Shown: in pieces, positions 51,978 to 64,000 of the stretch
Numbering within the stretch: position 1 is the first letter of the stretch
Layout: the number at the start of each line of letters is the position of its first letter
Origin: Mustelus asterias
Lineage: Eukaryota
Reading direction: 5' to 3'
NCBI RefSeq assembly: GCF_964213995.1
Contig: NW_027590162.1
Span: 248,001-312,000 of the forward strand
DNA: 64,000 nucleotides
Position numbers and translations under genes: made by a program
The notes under the pieces: generated by a model
The model's input: the letters and a program-made list of their open reading frames with translations, nothing else
What the model was told of the DNA's origin: nothing
Databases searched by the model: none

Positions 51978-54860
51978 GAAGCTCAGTTAATCAACACATA
52001 CATTTTCAACTGGGCCATTGTCACATTGTCTAATTTGGTAAAGCCAGAAGTACAGTACTTATTTACTATCTCTGCCATACCCTCTGCTGCAGTGAGCAGT
52101 TTACCCTGCTTGGCCCTTATGAACCCCACTCTGTCCTTCACTAATCCTTTACAATTAATATGTTTGAAGAAGATGTTATGATTTGTATTAGCGCAGCCTG
52201 CTAACATTTCCTCATGCTTCCTCTTCATTATTCCAGCCTTAGCCCCTCTCCTGCATTTTGAGCTGTTTTTCATGATTTCTATTGCTATTATTATTCCAGC
52301 ATGCATCATATGCCTCTTTTTTCTTCCTTATTTTCTCGTCAATAACCTCAGACATCCAGGATACTCCAGCTTTGGACACCGCATATGTGTGTCTGGTGGC
52401 TATGTACCTGGCTGGCATCCCATTCAACTCAACTTTGAAAGTCTCCCATTTGTCAACCACTGTTTTATCCTCGCAATTTGCCTCATTTGCCACATTTTGC
52501 CCTCACTTAATCTATCTGTTTCCTTTTGAAGCCTCCTTACGTATACTTCACAATTAATTTCTCATCTATCTTTATGCTGTCAGCAAATTTAGCAACGGTA
52601 CCTTCAGTCCCTTCACCCAAGCAATTTTTATAAATTGTAACAATTTGTAGCCCCAGCATGAATACACCACTCATCAGATCCTGCCACCCAGAAAAAGAAC
52701 CATTTGTGCTAACTCTTTTTGACCTGTTAGCTAGCCAACCATCAATCCATGCCAAAATGATACGCCCAAAACCATGAATGTTTATTTTACACAATAATCT
52801 TTAATCTGGCACTTTGGCAAATGTCTTCTGGAAATGTAAGAACAGGACATCCACCGGTTCCCCATTCACAGCACATGGGCCTCTTTCAAAAAACTCCAAT
52901 AATTTAGTTAAACATGATTTCCCTTTCAGAAAACCATATTGACTCTGCCTGATTGCCTTGTATTTTTTCCAAGTTGTAATATCTGTAATACCTTTCAGAA
53001 TGGCTTCTAACATTTTCCCGATGACAGCTGTTAGGCTAACAGCCTGTAGTTTCCTGCTTTCTGTCTCCATCCCTTTTTGAATCAAGGTAGTATTATCGGC
53101 CAGTAAGTTTCACGTCGGTGGTGGGCAAGTTATTGGAAGGTGTGATAAGGGATAGGATCTACAAATATTTGGATAGACAGGGACTTATTAGGGAGAGTCA
53201 ACATGGCTTTGTGCGTGGTAGGTCATGTTTGACCAATCTATTAGAGTTTTTCGAGGAGGTTACCAGGAAAGTGGATGAAGGGAAGGCGGTGGATGTTGTC
53301 TACCTGGATTTCAGCAAGGCCTTTGACAAGGTCCCTCATGGGAGGTTAGTTAGGAAGGTTCAGTCGCTGGGTATACATGGGGAGGTAGTAAATTGGATTA
53401 GACACTGGCTCAATGGAAGAAGCCAGAGAGTGGTTGTGGAGGATTGCTTCTCTGAGTGGAGGCCTGTGACTAGTGGTGTGCCGCAGGGATCGGTGTTGGG
53501 TCCATTGTTGTTTGTCATCTATATCAATGATCTGGATGATAATGTGGTAAATTGGATCGGCAAGTTTGCTGATGATACAAAGATTGGAGGTGTAGTGGAC
53601 AGTGAGGAAGGTTTTCAAAGCTTGCAGAGGGATTTGGACCAACTAGAAAAATGGGCTGAAAAATGGCGAATGGAATTTAACGCAGCCAAGTGTGAGATAT
53701 TGCGCTTTGGAAGGACAAACCAAAGTAGAACGTACAGGGTAAATGGTAGGACTCTGAAGAGTGCAGTTGATCAGAGGGATCTGGGAATACAGGTACAGAG
53801 TTCCCTAAAAGTGACGTCACAGGTGGATAGGGTCGTAAAGAGTGCCTTTGGTACATTGGCCTTTATAAATCGGAGTATCGAGTATAAAAGTTGGAGTGTT
53901 ATGGTAAGGTTATATAAGGCATTGGTGAGACCGAATTTGGAGTATTGTGTACAGTTTTGGTCACCTAGTTACAGGAAGGATGTAAATAAGATTGAAAGAG
54001 TGCAGAGAAGGTTCACAAGGATGTTGCCGGGACTTGAGAAGCTGAGTTACAGAGAGAGATTGAATAGGTTGGGACTTTATTCCCTGGAGCGTAGAAGATT
54101 GAGGGGAGATTTGATAGAGGTGTATAAGATTTTGATGGGTATAGATAGAGTGAATGCAAGCAGGCTTTTTCCGCTGAGGCTAGGGGAGAGAAAAACCAGA
54201 GGGCATGGGTTAAGGGTGAAAGGAGAAAAGTTTAAAGGGAATATTAGGGGGGGCTTCTTCACGCAGAGTGTGGTGGGAGTGTGGAATGAGCTGCCGGATA
54301 AAGTGGTAAATGCGGGGTCACTTTTAACATTTAAGAAAACTTGGACGGGTTCATGGATGAGAGGGGTGTGGAGGGATATGGTCCAAGTGTAGGTCAGTGG
54401 GACTAGGCATAAAATGGTTCGGCACAGACAAGAAGGGCCAAAAGGCCTGTTTCTGAGCTGTAATTTTCTATGGTTCTATGGTATTACATTTGTTATATTT
54501 CAACCTAATGGAACATTCTCCAAAGCCAGGGAATTTTGCAAAATTAAAACAAATGCATCAACTATCTCTTTCACCACTTCTTTCATGTCCTTCACGAGAA
54601 GTCCATCCGGACCCAGGAATTTGTCAGCCTGTCGACCCGACAATTTGCTCAATACCACTTTCCCTGTTGATTGGAATTTTCCTGTGTTCCTCCCTCCCTT
54701 CCATTTGCTGGTTTCCAGCTATTTCTGGGATGTTACTTGTATCCTCTACAGTGAACACCAATGAAAAATACATTTGCCAATACCCTGTTTTCCATTATCA
54801 ATCCCCCAGTTGCACTTTCTATAGAACCAGTGCTCACTCTGCTAACTCTTTCCTTGTTCA
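51978..54860 (-). mobile_element. Old CR1 remnant (inverted paralog of ~4770-6070) interrupted by a younger CR1
   Basis: Reverse-complement match to 5340-6070 and 4770-5090, including the same internal junction. Confidence 0.8.
53088..54480 (+). mobile_element. Young 5'-truncated CR1 LINE
   Basis: 424-aa RT ORF 53118-54392; TTCTATGG tail. Confidence 0.93.
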
Positions 54861-54865
54861 ACGAT

Positions 54866-55010
54866 CTACAGAATCTCTAACTATCCACCGTAACCCCGTA
54901 ACTATCCCCGTAACCCCACATAGTTATCCCGCAAATCCATCTAAACTATGCATCCCGGGACACTAAGGGGCAATTTAGCACGGCCAATCCACCTAACCCG
55001 CACATCTTTT
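54866..55010 (-). mobile_element. HE1-like SINE 3' fragment
   Basis: CACTAAGGGGCAATTTAGCACGGCCAATCCACCTAACCCGCACATCTTT. Confidence 0.8.
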
Positions 55011-55012
55011 CA

Positions 55013-55699
<687 letters not shown>

Positions 55700-56478
55700 A
55701 GCGACCATTCTTTAATCTGATAACCCAAAGGCTCTTTTCAGAGCCACTCACTTTATCTGAAAAAGGGCGAGCTGGTGTCTATCGGTCAGTTTCTGCACTG
55801 CTATTCACAGTACAGCTGTTTCCCGCTTTGTTCTATCAATCCGTACGATTGACACAGACAGTATTTTAATGCAAGTTGCTGCTGTTTATCGGGGAAACCA
55901 TCCCAGTGAACGGAAATGATCCTATTTCAAATATAATTGCTTTAAAATGTGATAATCTGCGAGGATATTCATCTGCAGCCCATCGGTTTTCAAAGTCAGT
56001 CACTCGATCTGGAAAAGTGTTAATTATTGTCTATGCGAATGTGCAAGCGTTTCTGCAATGGCTATACTTGTGTGAGTGGGCTCCTGTTTGAGACATGCTT
56101 CATATTCTGAACCTAATTGACGCAATTTTCAATACTCGCTGCGACTCGAAACACGTGCGGAGAAAGTGGATTTGCGGAATTATTGCTCGGAAACTGAAAC
56201 GATCGCAGGTTTAATAAAACTACTTTAAAATTGAATTGCGGTAGAACTGTTAACGGCATCGTTTTTACTCTAACCATCAAAGGTTTGGAGTTATGAGTGA
56301 CCTCAATGCAACGGAGGGTTAATTGTAACATTGAGAGGTTTCAGTTTTGGAGTCCTGGGAATATTCTGTCCTGGGAATTCAAACACTAGAATCGTTAACA
56401 GGAGATCGCAGCTCTTTCATTTGCCGATTTGGTGGCTCTTAAAAGAGCCGTTGTTGTACTTGGTGCCGAGGTCGGGTT

Positions 56479-56958
<480 letters not shown>

Positions 56959-57400
56959 TTAAACTCTGTGAGGGACCGCCCCCAGCGGGAATTGGCCCAG
57001 GAAGTTTCAATCAAACTGTGACCAGCGAATTAATGTCTGTACCTCAGGTTCTGATTGGTTCAGTTGTTTTCTTAACCGCCCCTTTCAGAAATTCCGCCGT
57101 TTTCTGTGCAGGAAATAACCGTTTGTATAAAATAAGTCTTCATTCCGTCCTAAATAAGATAATTCCCAGAAACATTGAAGATTTGAAGTCTATCTCCCCC
57201 GACTTAGTGCTTTAGAGCCTTTTCCCGCTCTCTGGGCTGTTCATTCCCAGAATCTCACGCTGTTCCACTCGATCCCTGTCCCTCTGCTCTCCAGCCCATT
57301 CAGATTTCCCCTCTCCTGTCGCTTGTAAAATTCGCCGCCGTTTTCGGGGGAAAGGATCAGAAATCAGTCGCTTCTCTGTGTCTCCCTGAAGCCGGTGTGA

Positions 57401-60393
57401 AAGAACAAAGAACAAAGAACAATACAGCACAGGAACAGGCCCTTCGGCCCTCCAAGCCCGTGCCGCTCCCCGGTCCAGGATTGAATCCTGAATCCAGGAT
57501 CCCCGCCCAATTTTCCAGCCTATCTACATACCAATATCCTATCCACCGAGCTGTCCCTCACAGCTACGATGCTTTGTTCATCACAACCTATTAACTCACC
57601 CCCACCCCCCTATTCCAGACCATGTGATCTCCAGGGAGAGGCGAAAACCCAGAGTGAAAACCCCAGGGCCAATATGGGGAAAAAAAATCTAGGAAATTCT
57701 TCTCCGACCCCCTGAGGCGATCGAAACGAGTCCAGGAGATCACACTGGCCCTGATCGGAAAATGCTTCCCAACCCTAGTCATTTCCACTTCCACGAACAC
57801 CATATGAATTCCCTGCCCCCGAGACAGGTTCCCAACTATCCGCAGTCTCGCTCTGTACTGGCACCAGCAAGATGATCATAGAATGAAGCCTTGAAACGAG
57901 AAACAAGGAACACTTAGCCCGTGCCGCTCCCTGGTCCAAACTAGACCACTCTTTTGTATCCCTCCATTCCCACTCTGTTCATATAGCTGTCTAGATAAGT
58001 CTTAAACGTTCCCAGTGTGTCCGCCTCCACCACCTTGCCCGGCAACACATTCCAGGCCCCCACGACCCTCTGTGTGAAATATGTCCTTCTGATATCTGTG
58101 TTAAACCTCCCCCCCTTCACCTTGAACCTATGACCCCTCGTGAACGTCACCACCGACCCGGGGAAAAGCTTCCCACCGTCCACCCTATCTATGCCTTTCA
58201 TAATTTTATACACCTCTATTAAGTCTCCCCTCATCCTCCGTCTTTCCAAGGAGAACAAACTCAGTTTCCCCAATCTCTCCTCATAACCAAGCCCCTCCAT
58301 ACCAGGCAACATCCTGGTAAACCTCCTCTGTACTCTCTCCAAAGCCTCCACATCCTTCTGGTAGTGTGGCGACCAGAACTGGACGCAGTATTCCAAATGC
58401 GGCCGAACCAACGTTCTATACATCTGCAACATCAGGCCCCAACTCTTATACTCTATGCCCCGTCCTATAAAGGCAAGCATGCCATATGCCTTCTTCACCA
58501 CCTTCTCCACCTGTGACGTCACCTTCAAAGATCTGTGGACTTGCACACCCAGGTCCCTCTGCGTCTCTACACCCTTTATGGTTCTTCCATTTATCGTGTA
58601 GCTCCTCCCTACATTATTCCCACCAAAATGCATCACTTCGCATTTATCAGGATTGAACTCCATCTGCCATTTCCTTGCCCAAATTTCCAGCCTATCTATA
58701 TCCTTCTGTAGCCTCTGACAATGTTCCTCACTATCTGCAAGTCCTGCCAGTTTTGTGTCGTCCGCAAACTTACTGATCACCCCAGTTACTCCTTCTTCCA
58801 GATCATTTATATAAATCACAAACAGCAGAGGTCCCAATACAGAGCCCTGCGGTACACCACTAGTCACAGGCCTCCAGCCGGAAAAAGACCCTTCCACTAC
58901 CACCCTCTGTCTTCTATGACAAACATGATGTGGAGATGCCGGCGTTGGACTGGGGTAAACACAGTAAGAAGTTTAACAACACCAGGTTAAAGTCCAACAG
59001 GTTTATTTGGTAGCAAAAGCCACACAAGCTTTCGAGGCTCTGAGCCCCTTCTTCAGGTGAGTGGGAATTCTGTTCACAAACAGAACTTATAAGACACAGA
59101 CTCAATTTACATGAATTCATGTAAATTGAGTCTGTGTCTTATAAGTTCTGTTTGTGAACAGAATTCCCACTCACCTGAAGAAGGGGCTCAGAGCCTCGAA
59201 AGCTTGTGTGGCTTTTGCTACCAAATAAACCTGTTGGACTTTAACCTGGTGTTGTTAAACTTCTTTCTATGACAAAGCCAGTTCTCCACCCATCTAGCCA
59301 CCTCCCCCTTTATCCCATGGGATCCAACCTTTTTCACTCGCCTACCATGAGGGACTTTGTCAAATGCTTTACTAAAGTCCATATAGACGACATCCACGGC
59401 CCTTCCTTCGTCAACCATTTTGGTCACTTCTTCAAAAACCACCACCAGGTTAGTGAGGCATGACCTCCCTCTCACAAAACCATGTTGACTATCGTTAATG
59501 AGTTTATTCCTTTCTAAATGCGCATACATCCTATCTCTAAGAATCTTCTCCAACAACTTCCCCACCACGGACGTCAAGCTCACCGGCCTATAATTACCCG
59601 GGTTATCCTTCCTACCCTTCTTAAATAACGGGACCACATTGGCTATCCTCCAATCCTCTGGGACCTCACCTGCGTCCAGTGACGAGACAAAGATTTGCGT
59701 CAGAGGCCCAACGATTTCACCTCTCGTCTCCCTGAGCAGCCTTGGATAGATTCCATCAGGCCCTGGGGATTTGTCAGTCTTTATATTCTCTAACAAACCT
59801 AACACTTCCTCCTTTGTAATGGAGATTTTCTCCAACGGTTCAACACTCCCCTCAGAGACACTCCCGGTCAACACATCCCTCTCCTTTGTGAATACCGATG
59901 CAAAGTATTCATTTAGGATCTCCCCTACTTCTTTGGGCTCCAAGCATAAGTCCCCACTTTTGTCCCTGAGAGGTCCGATTTTTTCCCTAACAACCCTTTT
60001 GTTCCTAACGTATGAATAAAATGCCTTGGGATTCTCCTTAATCCTGTCTGCCAAGAACATTTCGTGACCCCTTTTTGCTCTTCTAATTCCCCGTTTGAGT
60101 ACTTTCCTACTTTCTTTGTACTCCTCCAGAGCTCCCTCCGTTTTGAGCTGCTTGGGCCGAACATACGCCTCTCTTTTCCTTTTGACCAGTCCCTCAATTT
60201 CCCTGGTTATCCAGGGTTCTCTAATCCTACCCTTCCTATCCTTCTTTTTTACAGGCACATGCTTGTCCTGTAGCCCTAACAACCGTTCCTTAAAAGACTG
60301 CCACATACCAGATGTAGATTTACCCTCAAACAGCCTCTCCCAATCAAGAGCTGCCAATTTCTGCCTGATCCCAATAAAGTTAGCCTTCCCCCA
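57401..60393 (-). mobile_element. Young 5'-truncated CR1 LINE with long 3' UTR, interrupted by a PLE palindrome
   Basis: ORFs 59218-60357 and 57941-58903 are almost identical to 16631-18600; empty site visible at ~576-590; GAAAG on both flanks. Confidence 0.95.
58924..59265. mobile_element. PLE terminal-repeat palindrome insertion with ~12-bp TSD
   Basis: TTCTATGACAAA at 58912-58923 and 59265-59276; perfect inverted arms spanning 58966-59265. Confidence 0.88.
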
Positions 60394-61186
60394 GAAAGGG
60401 GTTGAGTCTGTTGTTTGTTACAGAGAGTGACTTCATATTTGTCCCGTTTGACATTACTGAATAGAGTCGTTTGCTGCCCGTGGCGGACAAATGTTCACAA
60501 ATGAAACCTCTTTGTAAAATAATCTTACAGCAGAATATTAATTGAGAATCTATTTTTAATAAGTTAAGAATTTGTCTCAATTCCCTTTCCCGCGCTGAAA
60601 TTGGCGGCATTTCCCCCAATTCAAAATTTCTGCTGGTTGACAGTTGAAGCCAATGATTGGCTCAATGTTCACATTCGATGCTCTGCGATTGGTTCAGAGC
60701 TGCGAATGCGGAGAGGATGGCCAATCAGAAGCAGGCTGGGGTTGGAGCGGCTCAAACTGCGGGAATTGCGGGTTTGTGAATGACTGAGCGGAAACTGATC
60801 AGTTTCACAAAGCGTCAGTTTCAGTGCAGGAAACAACCGTCTGGGGGCAAATAGCATCACAACTGGGACTGGTCCAGTGAACGATTCACCGGCTGCTGCT
60901 ACTAAACTCCGCTATTCCAGAGAAAGCTTTGATAAACTCTATCCAAACACTGAGTGATTAAACAGGAATGATGTGGCGTTTCACTGAGGGCACATGTCAA
61001 CTGGGGGCTGCTCAGACAATCCACTTAAAAATTTCAAAAACAATCCGCATGGCTGCTCCAAATGAAATGTTAAATTCGGTGATTCCCGCACTGTAACCTA
61101 AACAAAACAAACATGCATCTCAAACACTGAACAGCCTGTCCCAGCCCCCGTCCCCAGGTCACTGCTCTCCCTGTGAAGCGGTGAGT

Positions 61187-61202
61187 GGCTCTTAAAAGAG
61201 CC
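61187..61202 (-). terminator. Histone 3' stem-loop (H4)
   Basis: Reverse complement reads GGCTCTTTTAAGAGCC. Confidence 0.95.
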
Positions 61203-61236
61203 TTTGTTGTGTGTTCGGTAGGAAGGTTGCAGTTGT

Positions 61237-61557
<321 letters not shown>

Positions 61558-62163
61558 TCACTCAGATCTCTGCACAATATGAGAGAGGAACTCTTTCAGG
61601 CTCCTTTTATACAGCCCGCCCCGACCTGACTGAGAAAGGCGGAGTGAGAGCAGAGAGGGGAGGAGACAGAGTGAAGATTGAACACAGAGCGGGAGGGAGG
61701 AGAGAGCCGGACTGACACACACACACAGAACGGCCCCTGATCTTTCAGCTCCACCTCCAGTTTCTGCAACCGCCAATTTCAACCCGTTTATTAACAATGG
61801 AAGCGAAACACAGCTCCCCACACAAACCCTTCCAGAGCCGCCCTTCACACACAAGAGTTTCTACAAACCCGGAGCTTTGAAATATGGAATCAAAACAGAA
61901 AATGCTGCAACTAATCAGCAGCTCCGGCAGCTTTTGTGAAGAGAGAGAGAGACAGAGTTAACGTTTCGGGTCGTGACTTTGTTCTTTTGTGTTTTTAAAC
62001 CTGGTCCGTAATAATTCCCAGTCAGTAATATTCCGACGTAAACACAGTCGATTCTATAGCAAGAATCTTCCTCCGGAACATCCTCACACACATCTGCTTC
62101 TCGCTGTTTGCAAACACTTTATTGAAGCTGTTTCGGGCAATCTCCTGTGTTAAAATTAAGGGA

Positions 62164-62246
62164 GTCAGGATGGCCGAGCGGTCTAAGGCGCTGCGTTCAG
62201 GTCGCAGTCTCCTCTGGAGGCGTGGGTTCAAATCCCACTCCTGACA
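62164..62246 (+). tRNA. tRNA-Leu(CAG)
   Basis: GTCAGGATGGCCGAGCGGTCTAAGGCGCTGCGTTCAGGTCGCAG...GGTTCAAATCCCACTCCTGACA; 83 nt. Confidence 0.93.
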
Positions 62247-62261
62247 TTGATGTTTGGCTAA

Positions 62262-62525
62262 GAATTGCCGTCTCAGAGCGCCAGGCACCTGGGTTCGATT
62301 CCCGGCTGAGGTCACTGTCTGTGTGGAGTTTGCACATTCTCCCCGGGCTTTCTCCGGTTTCCTCCCGCACACCAAAGTGCCTGTCAGGTTGATTGGCCAT
62401 GCTAAATTGCACCGGAGTGTCCGGTCAATAAATAGGGTCATGGGGATCCGGACTGGGTGGGATTGAGGTCGGCTCAGACTCGATGGGACGATTGGCCTCC
62501 TTCTGCACTGCAGGGATTCGATTAA
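62262..62525 (+). mobile_element. HE1-like V-SINE directly behind tRNA-Leu(CAG)
   Basis: GCGCCAGG.ACCTGGGTTCGATTCCCGG...GTGGAGTTTGCACATTCTCCCC...TTCTGCACTG.AGGGATTC. Confidence 0.8.
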
Positions 62526-62745
62526 AAATTAGGCTGCAATGCGGTATTTAGCCGCCAGTGTTACTGTCTCACACTGAATCTACCAGACATCTTTATTATG
62601 AGAGAAAGTGGCGATTGAACAAATGTCAAATTCAAATGAAATTTGCTTTAGTCTGAATTTGAAATGATCTCTATTGAGAATGAGCCGGGCCGCGGGACAG
62701 GAATCATTTTCTTGCGGGATCAGCTCTTTCCTGAGAGATGTGGGT

Positions 62746-62761
62746 GGCTCTGAGAAGAGCC
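62746..62761 (-). terminator. Histone 3' stem-loop (H1)
   Basis: Reverse complement GGCTCTTCTCAGAGCC, then ACCCA and GAAAGAGCTG HDE. Confidence 0.93.
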
Positions 62762-62797
62762 TTTGGGTTCAGAGGTTTACAATTTGCTCGGGTTGTT

Positions 62798-63478
62798 TCA
62801 CTTCTTTCCTGACGCTTTCTTCGCTTTTGCTGCTTTCACTTTGGGTTTGGCCTTCGATTTAGTCACTTTTTTGACAGACTTTCCGCCCGTCACCTTCTTC
62901 ACAGGAGACTTTTTCTTCAGGGCTGCTTTCTTCACCGCCTTTTTTGGAGTTGCCGCCTTCTTGCTGCTTGTTTTCTTCACTGTTGATTTCTTCACTGGAG
63001 TTTTCTTTGCTGCGAGTTTCTTTGCTGCGGGTTTCTTCGCTGCGGGTTTCTTGGCTGCTGCTTTCTTTGTTGTCACCTTCTTGGCCGCTGTTTTCTTTAC
63101 TAAAGATTTCTTGGCTGTTGGTTTCTTCGCCTTCTTTCCCATTTTCCCCGGGCTTTCCTTCTTAGCGAGTTTGAAGGAGCCGGAGGCGCCCTGTCCCTTT
63201 GTCTGCACCAGAGACCCTGTCTCCACCTTCCTCTTGATCGTTAACCTGATCTGGGAGACGCGCTTCCCCACATCCACTCCGCTGCCAGCCAAAGCTTTCT
63301 TTATCGCGGCCAAGGACATCCCATTGCGATCGCTGCAACCCGCCACAACATTGAGGATCTGCTCGCCTAACTTGGGACCGGCTGCCGCAGGTCGGGGAGC
63401 CGCCTTCTTCTTCCTGGGAGACTTCACTTGAGCGGGAGCGGCTGGAGGAGCCGTTTCGGCGGCTGCAGTTTCAGTCAT
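62798..63478 (-). CDS. H1: Linker histone H1
   Basis: MTETAAAETAPPAAP..., globular domain (GMSLAAIKKAL, LVQTKGQGASGSFKL) and Lys/Ala-rich tail with S/TPKK-type motifs; 226 aa. Confidence 0.97.
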   Translation of the reverse strand: MTETAAAETAPPAAPAQVKSPRKKKAAPRPAAAGPKLGEQILNVVAGCSDRNGMSLAAIKKALAGSGVDVGKRVSQIRLTIKRKVETGSLVQTKGQGASGSFKLAKKESPGKMGKKAKKPTAKKSLVKKTAAKKVTTKKAAAKKPAAKKPAAKKLAAKKTPVKKSTVKKTSSKKAATPKKAVKKAALKKKSPVKKVTGGKSVKKVTKSKAKPKVKAAKAKKASGKK

Positions 63479-63554
63479 ATCCGAGAGTGTGTGGAAAATC
63501 TGTGTGAGAGTCAGAACTGGATCCGAAATGAACCCAGTGGTGGCGGCACAGAGC

Positions 63555-63630
63555 AACTTAAAGGCAGAGAGCGGACGGAGCAGAGACAAGCTGCTGTCAG
63601 CTCCCGGCTCCTCCAACCTCTCTGTGTTTC
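63555..63630 (-). promoter_or_regulatory. H1 promoter with H1/AC box AAACACA
   Basis: tgtgttt at 63623-63629; TATA-like TTTAAG near 63557. Confidence 0.65.
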
Positions 63631-64000
63631 TCTCTCCTCACAAACTCTCCCATTGCAATGAAATTCCGCCTCTCCAGAGATCCAGCTCACATCCTTCATG
63701 TCTCTGACACACGAATGTTTGCTGTTGAAAAGGTTTCACTCGAACTGAGGACTCCATTTTCCACTGAAACCCGTTTTACTGCTGCACTGATCGCGCTCTC
63801 ACGCGATAGCTGACATGTTCTCGACTTTGCCACTGAAATCTTCAATTTAGCGAAACAATTGCCTTGAAATCTCACTTTGGGGCTCAGCAGCGGGTTTAGC
63901 GGGAATCTTTGATTGAAAAATTGTTTTATTTTACACAAGAGAGACTCGGAGATCTCATGATCAGAACAGACACACAAACACAGTTGGATTAGTCTGACCC

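Noticed and set aside
62253-62263. TTTGGCTAAGA match to U2 downstream of tRNA-Leu(CAG)
   Set aside because: Only 11 nt and compatible with chance.

Overview
Vertebrate genomic DNA, most likely a shark or ray, judged from HE1-like V-SINEs, CR1/HER1-like LINEs and M(A/V)DEKK-type H2B N-termini. The window is part of a replication-dependent histone cluster interspersed with tRNA genes. It holds 2 H3, 2 intact H2A plus 1 frameshifted H2A, 2 H2B, 1 H4 and 1 H1, all with the 3' histone stem-loop, and tRNA-Leu(TAA), tRNA-iMet, tRNA-Leu(CAG) and one Leu(TAA) pseudogene. The rest is mostly CR1 LINEs (one near full-length), Penelope-like element (PLE) fragments, tRNA-derived SINEs, a candidate solo LTR and three minisatellites. 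The most notable observations are: (1) a ~300-bp structured element headed by U2 snRNA nt 1-38, carrying a second internal U2 copy and fused to the ATG of a dead H2A; (2) minimal hammerhead ribozyme motifs with covarying stems in PLE terminal repeats, including a perfect 300-bp palindrome; (3) the whole window reads as a large decayed inverted duplication; (4) orphan histone-type promoters sharing a GAAATTGGCGG motif; (5) a structured ~460-bp module in a CR1 3' UTR. All alignments were made by eye, so repeat boundaries are approximate.
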